Below are positions 16,199 to 23,797 of a stretch of DNA of 34,027 bases, in pieces. The DNA is from a virus (taxonomy: Duplodnaviria; Caudoviricetes), in the IMG/VR virus record IMGVR_UViG_3300043394_000085, positions 1 to 34,027 of that record; one strand, given 5' to 3'. The notes under the pieces are model-generated. The model saw only the letters and a list, made by a program, of their open reading frames with translations, was not told the origin of the DNA and did no database searches. Position 1 is the stretch's first letter. Each line of letters opens with the position of its first letter. Position numbers and translations under genes: made by a program.

Positions 16199-16360
16199 TT
16201 ATGTTTTTACAGCATCAATAATTTTCTGTGTTATTTCTAAGAATAACTTTTGTTCATCTTCTACATCACCAAACTGACCTTCAATTAGATGTGAGTCAAA
16301 GACATCAAACAACGTAGAATTCCCATCTAGTTCCATGTTTAGTAGTTCTTGTGCTGTCAT
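16199..16360 (-). CDS. Small acidic hypothetical protein (53 aa)
   Basis: Hand translation MTAQELLNMELDGNSTLFDVFDSHLIEGQFGDVEDEQKLFLEITQKIIDAVKT; RBS AAGGA. Confidence 0.65.
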   Translation of the reverse strand: MTAQELLNMELDGNSTLFDVFDSHLIEGQFGDVEDEQKLFLEITQKIIDAVKT

Positions 16361-16368
16361 GATTTTCC

Positions 16369-18309
16369 TTACGCTATGGCAAAGAAAATGAATGTTCCAC
16401 CACTTGCATTGATGGCTGCTGGCGCTGTTGAACTAATCTCAAACCCTGCGCTGTATGTGTCAATGTAATCTGTAGTTGTTACTTCAGCGGCTGTGCTGTT
16501 CAAAAGCAAGTAAGGGTCATTGCCACTCACAATGCCTCGTGCTGAATCCCATACATACCAAGCTCCACCTAAATCTGTTCTTTTTATGAGAACAAACCTT
16601 GCGCCACTAGTAAATCCACAATCAACTTGCAGTGTTGTACCTGTGCCTGTATAGCTCCCAACCTTACTTACACCTGCACAAGTGGCAAACAAATAGGCGA
16701 CATAAGTGTTGCCAGAAGCATTTGTCTCAGTAATCGGGCTAAGACCAAAAGTAGTGCTAGTTGGGTCTGTTGTTCCCCAAGAATTTCCAACATCTGATGC
16801 AAAGCTATCGGTTAAATTTAAGAAAGCATAGTAGTTTCGACCATAGGTTGCGCTATAAACAAACCAAACACTAGTTGAGCTTCTACGCTTTACAAAAATT
16901 AGTTCTGGTACTGCTTGTAAACCATGCGTTTGCGTTCTTGTTGTACTTGTTCCGTCATAGCAAACCTCATCAAAGAAGCTAGGGGCACGTCTGAACATAT
17001 ATCCAAGAAGCGATGAAAGGGTGCTTGTCGAGTTATATGCGCCATTCATGTAATCAAATGTGAAATAACCATTTGATGCTTCTGCGGTTGTTGAGTTAGA
17101 TGCTAAATAAACATTTCCTCTGAGGCGGTCACCCCAATTTCTAACTCCACCAGAACCTCTGCCAAGTGCCAAATTTAAGTCAACAGGAAAACTAGACCTA
17201 AATCCTGGTAGTTGACCATCTGCTGTACTACCAAGGGTATCAACAGCAAACACCTTAGTCGCATCCGTAGGCACTTTCATCGGGCCTCTACGAATGGCTA
17301 TGTAGATGTAAGTGTCACCACTTCCTGATGCTGCATCGTTTGCAAATCCAGTAGCAGTTGGATACCAATTACCTCCAGAAGATAATTCAGCACCACTAGT
17401 GTTTGCTCTAAGAAGTGCATCTAAACCAGCTACTGTCATCCCTCGCATTGTGTCTATAAGCCACCAATCTTCTGCAACAGAAGCATTTTTAACCAACAAC
17501 CATTGAGGTTCATAACCAAGATTCACAGCATTTGCGCCTGTAGTCTCAACATAAGACCCACACGAAATCACATTGTCTGTACCAGTCAGACCAAAGCCTC
17601 CTGCGTTGTGGGCGAATAGGTAGGCTACGTAAGTGCCGCCGTTGGTGTTTCCGATGTTGGTATCTTTATCTTGAATCCATTGAGGATAAAAGACAGTATC
17701 AGTTCCAATGTAGCTGTTAGGCAACGTTTGGAAGCTAGCGGCAGTTGAATTCAGCGAGATTGCACCCGCACCTGCTGTTGAGCTTGTGCGAATCCAACCA
17801 CCCCAGTTGCTTGCCGCATCTGTGCGTTTAACAAAAATTGCACCCGGAAAAGACTTAAGGTTGTGCGCAACCGCTTGGCCAGAAGTACCATCACCCGTAT
17901 AAGTCACAACATCAAAGAACTTTGGAGTTTTTGCAAAAGACCAACTTGTGTAGGTTTGACCATTTGCATTTAATTGATTATTACCCGTTAAATCAAATCC
18001 AGTTGTGTTAAATGCTGTTACACCACCAGTCGGGATATTAGTTAATGCGTCAGTAAGATTTGAGATTAAAGAATATGAAGTTCCAGTCGTAGGAGAAGAA
18101 AGCCAATGGTTGTATGCGGCTGACCTTGATTTAATCCAAACCAATCCACCATTTGTAGATAAATCAACACCATTGACGATGGTTTTGTCTGTGCCGTTGC
18201 CTGTGTAGAGGTATGTGCTGAAACATGACTCTATATAGTTTGGCTCAACAGCAACCCCGCCACCGTACGCATCGGCTGTCACATTACCTGATGTTTGCTG
18301 AAGTGGCAT
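16369..18309 (-). CDS. Putative receptor-binding/tail-fibre-associated protein with tandem YTG-type beta modules
   Basis: 646 aa with about five repeats of Y(T/D)G...G..P..(V/I)K.R....W...N.T.A...TY(V/I)AY.F(A); lies between the tail fibre and its chaperone. Confidence 0.75.
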   Translation of the reverse strand: MPLQQTSGNVTADAYGGGVAVEPNYIESCFSTYLYTGNGTDKTIVNGVDLSTNGGLVWIKSRSAAYNHWLSSPTTGTSYSLISNLTDALTNIPTGGVTAFNTTGFDLTGNNQLNANGQTYTSWSFAKTPKFFDVVTYTGDGTSGQAVAHNLKSFPGAIFVKRTDAASNWGGWIRTSSTAGAGAISLNSTAASFQTLPNSYIGTDTVFYPQWIQDKDTNIGNTNGGTYVAYLFAHNAGGFGLTGTDNVISCGSYVETTGANAVNLGYEPQWLLVKNASVAEDWWLIDTMRGMTVAGLDALLRANTSGAELSSGGNWYPTATGFANDAASGSGDTYIYIAIRRGPMKVPTDATKVFAVDTLGSTADGQLPGFRSSFPVDLNLALGRGSGGVRNWGDRLRGNVYLASNSTTAEASNGYFTFDYMNGAYNSTSTLSSLLGYMFRRAPSFFDEVCYDGTSTTRTQTHGLQAVPELIFVKRRSSTSVWFVYSATYGRNYYAFLNLTDSFASDVGNSWGTTDPTSTTFGLSPITETNASGNTYVAYLFATCAGVSKVGSYTGTGTTLQVDCGFTSGARFVLIKRTDLGGAWYVWDSARGIVSGNDPYLLLNSTAAEVTTTDYIDTYSAGFEISSTAPAAINASGGTFIFFAIA

Positions 18310-18311
18310 TA

Positions 18312-18986
18312 TTATTCCTTGTCTTTACAATTATCAAAATGCCAACGCTTTGCAACATTGACAGCGATAGATTTTTGGCAATGAGGGCAATCAACTTTAG
18401 GTTTTGGCAGACCTTTTCGTAACGCACTCATTTTAGCTTTTGCTTCTTCGGTTTGTTTGCGACCCTTCATTGGGCTTGGACGACCTAACAATGCCTCTGA
18501 AGTCTTGCGTTTTGTTTCTTCTGAAGGACGATATGTAGATTCTTTTTGTGCTTTTGCCATGTTTGCTTTTGCAATTTCTGACCTTGGCTTGCGCATCTTT
18601 TGTTTCGTTTCTTCAGAAACAATGCGACCTTTAAACAATTGAGTTACATATTTTTTATGTTCTTCAGTATGTTTGTAGCCTTTAGCACCATCACCACCAT
18701 CTGTCATATTGGTCAATGGTATGCCAATATTACGCATTTCAGCAATTAGCAAACACTCAAAGTCAATGGCTTGAGCGTCAGAAACATTTTCTTCAACTTT
18801 TGTAATAACGGGCTTCATGCCAAGTGCCATCAATTTGCGAATCTTGTTTAGCTTTTTTGATTTGCGCTTGGTGTAATACTTGGCCTCATCCAAATGAAAT
18901 TCGCAACGCTTACCATGCCCTTTACCAACGTAAAAAGGCATCCCATTTCTGGGGTCAGTCAACGTGTAAACGTATGCGTTATCCAT
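18312..18986 (-). CDS. Free-standing GIY-YIG-type homing endonuclease with NUMOD3-like repeats
   Basis: YVYTLTDPRN..PFYVGKG..R, E..LI, LTN.TDGGDG; repeats HTEEHK/SEETKQKM/SEETKRK.S/TEEAKAKMS; C-terminal CPHC...WHFDNC. Confidence 0.88.
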   Translation of the reverse strand: MDNAYVYTLTDPRNGMPFYVGKGHGKRCEFHLDEAKYYTKRKSKKLNKIRKLMALGMKPVITKVEENVSDAQAIDFECLLIAEMRNIGIPLTNMTDGGDGAKGYKHTEEHKKYVTQLFKGRIVSEETKQKMRKPRSEIAKANMAKAQKESTYRPSEETKRKTSEALLGRPSPMKGRKQTEEAKAKMSALRKGLPKPKVDCPHCQKSIAVNVAKRWHFDNCKDKE

Positions 18987-20899
18987 TATTTAAACTGAGT
19001 CAATGAAGCCAATACTGTGTATGTAGCACTACCAGTTTTTACGACCGCCAGACGGTACACGTCAAGTCCAGAAGCATTACCCGCTGTCGGTGCGCCACCA
19101 ATCCACTTTGTAGTCACACCTGATGTAGTTCCATCTACTTGAATGGATGTTGCGTAGTAAGCAGTTGACCCTTGAGTAGTCACCAAAGCCGCAGTCACAG
19201 ATTGACCTGTACTCATCAAAGTATTTAATGATGTACCGCTAGAGCCTCTGAAGTTAACTGTCCAGTTAGCACTTGCGTTGCTTGTGTAGTACAGAACAGA
19301 CTGAGTGGTAATGTCGTAGTTAATCGTGCCTGTAGCTGCTGTTGCAGATACTGTAGCTACCTCTGCTGCATCGTTTAGAACAATGGCTGTAGCAGATGAT
19401 GTTCCTGAGAATGTCTGTGTGGCTGTAAAGGTCTGTGCAGAGTTGGTAACTGCTGTATTAGCGTTATATGCTTGTACGTTAGTACCAATAGCCAAGCCTA
19501 AGTTAGTCCTGGCTGTTGATGCGCTGGCCACGTCAGACAGATTATTGGCTGATGCCAGGTAACCAGAGCCAGACACATAAGCAGCCACCCAGGCGCTGCC
19601 GGTATACAGCTTCATTGCACCGTCAGTGCTGTTGAAATACAAAGCGCCAGCAACCAAAGCATTGCCGTCGTTGTCAACGCTAGGATCACTTGTCTTTGCT
19701 CCCAAGTAGCGATCATCAAAGCTGTCATACGCAGCCAGTGTTGCATCGCGTGCAGCTTCTGCAGCCGTCTGTGCTGATGCTGCGCTTGTTGCGCTACCAG
19801 CTGCAGCCGTCGCTGAGTTGGCTGCATTGGTCGCTTGTGTGGCTGCCGTAGATGCACTGCCAGAAGCAGCTGTGGCCGAGTTAGATGCGTTGGTTGCAGA
19901 CGTGGCTGCATTAGATGCAGACGTGCTGGCAGCTGATGCTGAGCTGCTGGCATTGCTTGCCGATGTGCTGGCAGCGCTGGCGCTGTTGCTCGCGCTTGTT
20001 GCGCTTGTCGCAGCTGCTGTTGCGCTGTTGCCTGCATTGGTCGCAGCTGTGCTGGCCGTGCTGGCTGAGCTCGATGCTGCGCTGGCCGAGCTGGCCGCAC
20101 TGGTGGCCGATGTCGATGCGTTGCTGGCTGATGTACTTGCAGCGCTTGCTGAGCTGGCTGCGTTTGTCGCTGAAGTCGATGCAGCAGACGCACTGCTAGA
20201 TGCAGCCGAAGCAGACGAGGCAGCATTTGTAGCGCTTGTTGATGCCGATGCTGCATCCACCAACAAAGTCCACTTGGCCGAGTCAGTGTTTGTGTTGATC
20301 GGTTGCGAGCCGGTTGATGTGTGCTGAGTAATACACTGCCAAATGTTGCTATTGGTTGTGTCTTTGACAATGTCGCGGACATAGTACAGCGTGCCGCTTG
20401 CCCAGTTGCCACGGTTTGTGCCAAGCGTGTCAGCAATGGCAGGGTTGCCGTCAGCATCAAAGCCAAGCGCTTTGTTGGCACGCAAGCTGGCGCGTGGCAG
20501 CGTCATGTTGATTGTGGTGGGATCAGTCTGTGGCGCGCTCAATGCACGCTGCAAACCCTCGGCATTTTGCTGCGCGAAGATTGTCTGCTGATCCATTTCA
20601 TCGTTGACCGTGTTGGCAAAGAAGTCGCCACCAGTCACAAAGTCTGTCGTGCGTTGAATGGTGCGGTTGCCAACAATGGCGATCTGTGTTGCACCAGTTG
20701 GCGAGGCCACCAGGGTGATCGAGCCAGTGCCGTTTGAGGCAATGCTCACCGAGTAATCGGTGGTCAGCGTCAGCAGCGTGTCGTCACGGTAGACGGCAAT
20801 GTCGGTGTTCGCCAGAATCTCAAAGGTGAACGCATAGGGGCCAGTGCCACTGGCCGCATACACGACGCGACGGGTTACGTTGGAAATTGGGACGCCCAT
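18986..20899 (-). CDS. Tail fibre protein (podovirus N-terminal adaptor, Ala/Ser-rich shaft)
   Basis: N-terminal GPYAFTFEIL...DI.VY...TDYSV...D.QTI..QQ (T7 gp17-like), long AASSASAAST repeats, FDDRYLG.K.SDP..DNDGN.L..GALYFN, NNLSDV....ARTNLGL. Confidence 0.88.
   Translation of the reverse strand: MGVPISNVTRRVVYAASGTGPYAFTFEILANTDIAVYRDDTLLTLTTDYSVSIASNGTGSITLVASPTGATQIAIVGNRTIQRTTDFVTGGDFFANTVNDEMDQQTIFAQQNAEGLQRALSAPQTDPTTINMTLPRASLRANKALGFDADGNPAIADTLGTNRGNWASGTLYYVRDIVKDTTNSNIWQCITQHTSTGSQPINTNTDSAKWTLLVDAASASTSATNAASSASAASSSASAASTSATNAASSASAASTSASNASTSATSAASSASAASSSASTASTAATNAGNSATAAATSATSASNSASAASTSASNASSSASAASTSASNAATSATNASNSATAASGSASTAATQATNAANSATAAAGSATSAASAQTAAEAARDATLAAYDSFDDRYLGAKTSDPSVDNDGNALVAGALYFNSTDGAMKLYTGSAWVAAYVSGSGYLASANNLSDVASASTARTNLGLAIGTNVQAYNANTAVTNSAQTFTATQTFSGTSSATAIVLNDAAEVATVSATAATGTINYDITTQSVLYYTSNASANWTVNFRGSSGTSLNTLMSTGQSVTAALVTTQGSTAYYATSIQVDGTTSGVTTKWIGGAPTAGNASGLDVYRLAVVKTGSATYTVLASLTQFK
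19720..20260 (-). repeat. Degenerate coding tandem repeats (7/14-aa AASSASAASTSASN units)
   Basis: Visible in the translation of the tail fibre shaft; boundaries approximate. Confidence 0.85.
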
Positions 20900-20935
20900 G
20901 ATTCGATCCTTCCTGGTGGAAATTGTACGATTTTC

Positions 20936-23797
20936 TTACGGTTTGTAATAGAGGCCATTGGCCTTGCGAAGCTCTTGCAGCTCAGCGATCCGAGCCTGCA
21001 GCGCAGGGTCTTCTTGCTTGAGCTGGCTTTGTGCTGCCTGCATATATTTGCTGTGCACAGACTGAACGGTCTTTTGCTGGTCATCCAATGACAGCAGGGT
21101 AAACCCTGGCGACAGCATGACATCCATAATGCCCTGCTTTGATGGCAGCTCCTTGCCGTAGATTGTCAACAAGCGGTTGTACTGCTCAGCTGTCATTTCA
21201 ACGCCATCGACCTTTTTGTCTGGCATGCCGACTGGTGAACCAATGCGCACCAGGGCGTCGTCAACCAGGCTGAATTGCGCAGGGCTGACACGGGTTGGCA
21301 GCACCAGCTCCATGGGGTTGCCACGCGAAGTCAGGACTGGGTCGCCCCAAAGGTTGAGCGCCTCTGGCAGATCTGAATTGAAGTATGGCAGGCGTGACTT
21401 GTACTTGTTGAATGCCTCGACAAAGCCGCGCACCCCCATGGGCAGCTCGGGGTCTGCGCGTGTGTCTTTCCTGGTTGGGTCTGACAAGCGAGCAATGCCA
21501 GCCACTAATGAGCTGTAAGCGCCAGCTGGTGAGCCACCAATTGCAAAGCCACCAAACTGCTTGACCAGGCCGTCGACAATCTTCTTGCCGTCAACAGCGC
21601 CCTGCTGGTTTGTGCCAATCAGTTTGGCCACATCAGCCACGCCCTGGAGATAAGGCTGCTCTTTGAGGTACTCATACAAGCCATAGGTAGCGCCCAGGAA
21701 AACCTCTTCAACTTTGCTGGCGTCTGGCTCATGCTTGGCATATTCAGCATAGTCGGCAGCAATGGCCATCAATGCTGAGACCGGCTCCATGCCGTTGTAG
21801 CTGTAGTATGCGTCGCCAACCTTGATTGAGTAAGGCATCCAGCCGTCGCGCATGAGCGCTTCACGGTCTGCCTTGCGTTCTGGGCCACGGCCGGTGATGT
21901 TGCCCTCGGCTGACAGTGCAGCAAACGTGGCCAGCAAGGCTGAACCCAGGGTAACCTTGGCCAAAGCCATGTCGCGGTAGATGCCGCCCTTGGCAACCTC
22001 TTCACGCCACATCGAGGACAGCGGTGCAAACGGTGTGCGCTCGACCAGCTGAATGCCAATGTTGGCAGGCGTCTTGAAAAATGGCACGACAACCTTGAGT
22101 GCAGGGTGATTGAACACCTCTTGCAAATTTTTCAATGCTGGTGGCAGCTCAGAAGTGAACGTGCCTTTTTGGGCATAAGCCATGGCTGCTTCATCCAGGT
22201 CGCGGGGTGGCGACTGAAACAAGCTCTCAATTTCAAGCGAAGCCTTGGCCATTGCGTCAGTCTCTGACAAGCCAGCGTCGACACCTTCACGGTAGACGGT
22301 CTTGCCACGGCGAGTGATCAGAGTATTCAGCTCCATGCGGTAGAGCACACCTTTGAAAAATTCATCCTCGGTCATCAATGCGCGGCCAGGAATAGTGACG
22401 GCCGTGCCGTAGAAGTCCAAAGCCTTGGCCATCCATGTGTCTTGCTCAAGACCAAACGCGCCTGAGCTGATCGATGGAGTCATATTGCCACGCTGCATTT
22501 CGAGCTTGGTTACCAAGTCGCTGGGAGCGTTGTTCTTCCAGGCAGTGCTGGCCAGCTGCATGCCCTCGACAATGCCATTGCGCAGCGACTGCACCATGGT
22601 CAAAGCCTCATCCATGCCGACCTTCTCAGCCTCAGATCCTGGAATCAGCGACTTCCAGCTGCGCACGCCGGTTGGCAGCACGTTGCCGTACATGGCCGCG
22701 ACCATACGCTCTGGGATCTGATACAGGCCAAACAGGCTGTTGGACACCACGTTCTTTGCGTGTGACACAGGCGATGACAGCAGGCCGTTAATGTAGGTTG
22801 TGAACCAGACATCCTTGACACCAGACATCATCGACTTCTCGATCATGGCATTCTGAGCAGCGCGTGACTCCAAGGACAAATAACTGCGCGCCATGTCCTG
22901 CAAAGCAGCATCGCCGCCAAACTCTTCAAGCACCTGGCGAATGACATCAGCGCTGCCGTCGCGTGGAATGCGGAACACTGCCAAGGCTCGGGCTGTCTCA
23001 GTTTGAATGCCCTTCACGCCCTTTTGGATCAAACCATGGAAAGCCACTTGCTGGCGAAGCATGAGCTTGTCAGCATCGGTGGCCATGCCAGAGTTGACCA
23101 GCTTGAACAACTTGTCGAGCTCGTTGGCGCTGGTCTCTAAAACCTCCAGGGCTTTGTAAGTCTCGACAGCGTTGGCCATCATCCGGCCATCGCTACCAAT
23201 CAGGCGCGTCAGGAATGACTCACCAATGCCAGACTCAGCAGCCTTGGCTTTGATCTCATCAAACGTCACAGCCTTGGTCTTGATGTTCAAGGCATCGGCC
23301 ACACCGGCCACAATGCCAGCAGCGTCGTGGTTTTGGTATTGAGACAGATTGAACGGCTCGACCTTGACACCGGCAGCCAGCTCTTCTGTGGTCGGGCTTG
23401 GTTTACCAACCAAAGCGCCCTGAGCCTGGCGACGGCTCACAGCCTGGCCGACAGTTTCTGTCATTGCCGGACTGGCTTCTGGAATGACTTTAAAGCGGCC
23501 AGCTTTTGCCGCATCAGACAGCTCTGTGTCCAGGATCTTGCCAGGCACAAGCTGACGCTCAGCCTTGGCTGCCTGGCGTGTGATCAATTGGCGAATGGCT
23601 GCATCAGCTGGGCCAGCGACCTGGATGCCTTCAGACATGCTAGGCGTGCCAGGCTGGTCTGTGACCGTCTCAGCGACTGGGGCTGCCGCTGCCTCAGCAG
23701 GCATTGGCTCAAGTTTGGTTGGATCTGCTGGCGCTGCAGCTGGTGAAGCTGCTGGCAAGATGCTGTTGAGGCGTTGATCGAGTGGTTGAATGGCCAT
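20936..23797 (-). CDS. Large internal virion (ejection) protein, ~953 aa
   Basis: Position before the tail fibre; motifs VPFFKTPANI, GNITGRGP, GWMPYSIKVGD..YSY...EP resemble large podovirus core proteins. TGATG coupling to the upstream gene. Confidence 0.8.
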   Translation of the reverse strand: MAIQPLDQRLNSILPAASPAAAPADPTKLEPMPAEAAAAPVAETVTDQPGTPSMSEGIQVAGPADAAIRQLITRQAAKAERQLVPGKILDTELSDAAKAGRFKVIPEASPAMTETVGQAVSRRQAQGALVGKPSPTTEELAAGVKVEPFNLSQYQNHDAAGIVAGVADALNIKTKAVTFDEIKAKAAESGIGESFLTRLIGSDGRMMANAVETYKALEVLETSANELDKLFKLVNSGMATDADKLMLRQQVAFHGLIQKGVKGIQTETARALAVFRIPRDGSADVIRQVLEEFGGDAALQDMARSYLSLESRAAQNAMIEKSMMSGVKDVWFTTYINGLLSSPVSHAKNVVSNSLFGLYQIPERMVAAMYGNVLPTGVRSWKSLIPGSEAEKVGMDEALTMVQSLRNGIVEGMQLASTAWKNNAPSDLVTKLEMQRGNMTPSISSGAFGLEQDTWMAKALDFYGTAVTIPGRALMTEDEFFKGVLYRMELNTLITRRGKTVYREGVDAGLSETDAMAKASLEIESLFQSPPRDLDEAAMAYAQKGTFTSELPPALKNLQEVFNHPALKVVVPFFKTPANIGIQLVERTPFAPLSSMWREEVAKGGIYRDMALAKVTLGSALLATFAALSAEGNITGRGPERKADREALMRDGWMPYSIKVGDAYYSYNGMEPVSALMAIAADYAEYAKHEPDASKVEEVFLGATYGLYEYLKEQPYLQGVADVAKLIGTNQQGAVDGKKIVDGLVKQFGGFAIGGSPAGAYSSLVAGIARLSDPTRKDTRADPELPMGVRGFVEAFNKYKSRLPYFNSDLPEALNLWGDPVLTSRGNPMELVLPTRVSPAQFSLVDDALVRIGSPVGMPDKKVDGVEMTAEQYNRLLTIYGKELPSKQGIMDVMLSPGFTLLSLDDQQKTVQSVHSKYMQAAQSQLKQEDPALQARIAELQELRKANGLYYKP

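Noticed and set aside
18312-18986. Group I intron around the endonuclease
   Set aside because: No non-coding flanks are available for a ribozyme core; both neighbours are complete and directly coupled.
19720-20260. CRISPR-like or non-coding repeat array
   Set aside because: Degenerate codon-level repeats encoding the Ala/Ser fibre shaft; no constant repeat with unique spacers.
15692-20899. Diversity-generating retroelement, suggested by the BPP-1-like head genes
   Set aside because: No reverse transcriptase ORF and no TR/VR pair differing at adenines was seen; the repeats in the 646-aa protein are old, protein-level repeats.
15692-20899. Invertible tail-fibre cassette driven by the serine recombinase
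   Set aside because: All fibre genes are co-oriented, with no opposite-strand alternative tip and no flanking inverted repeats visible by eye.
20915-20950. Internal promoter for the tail fibre gene
   Set aside because: A TACAAT -10 is present (20927-20922) but there is no convincing -35 or extended -10; too weak to call.
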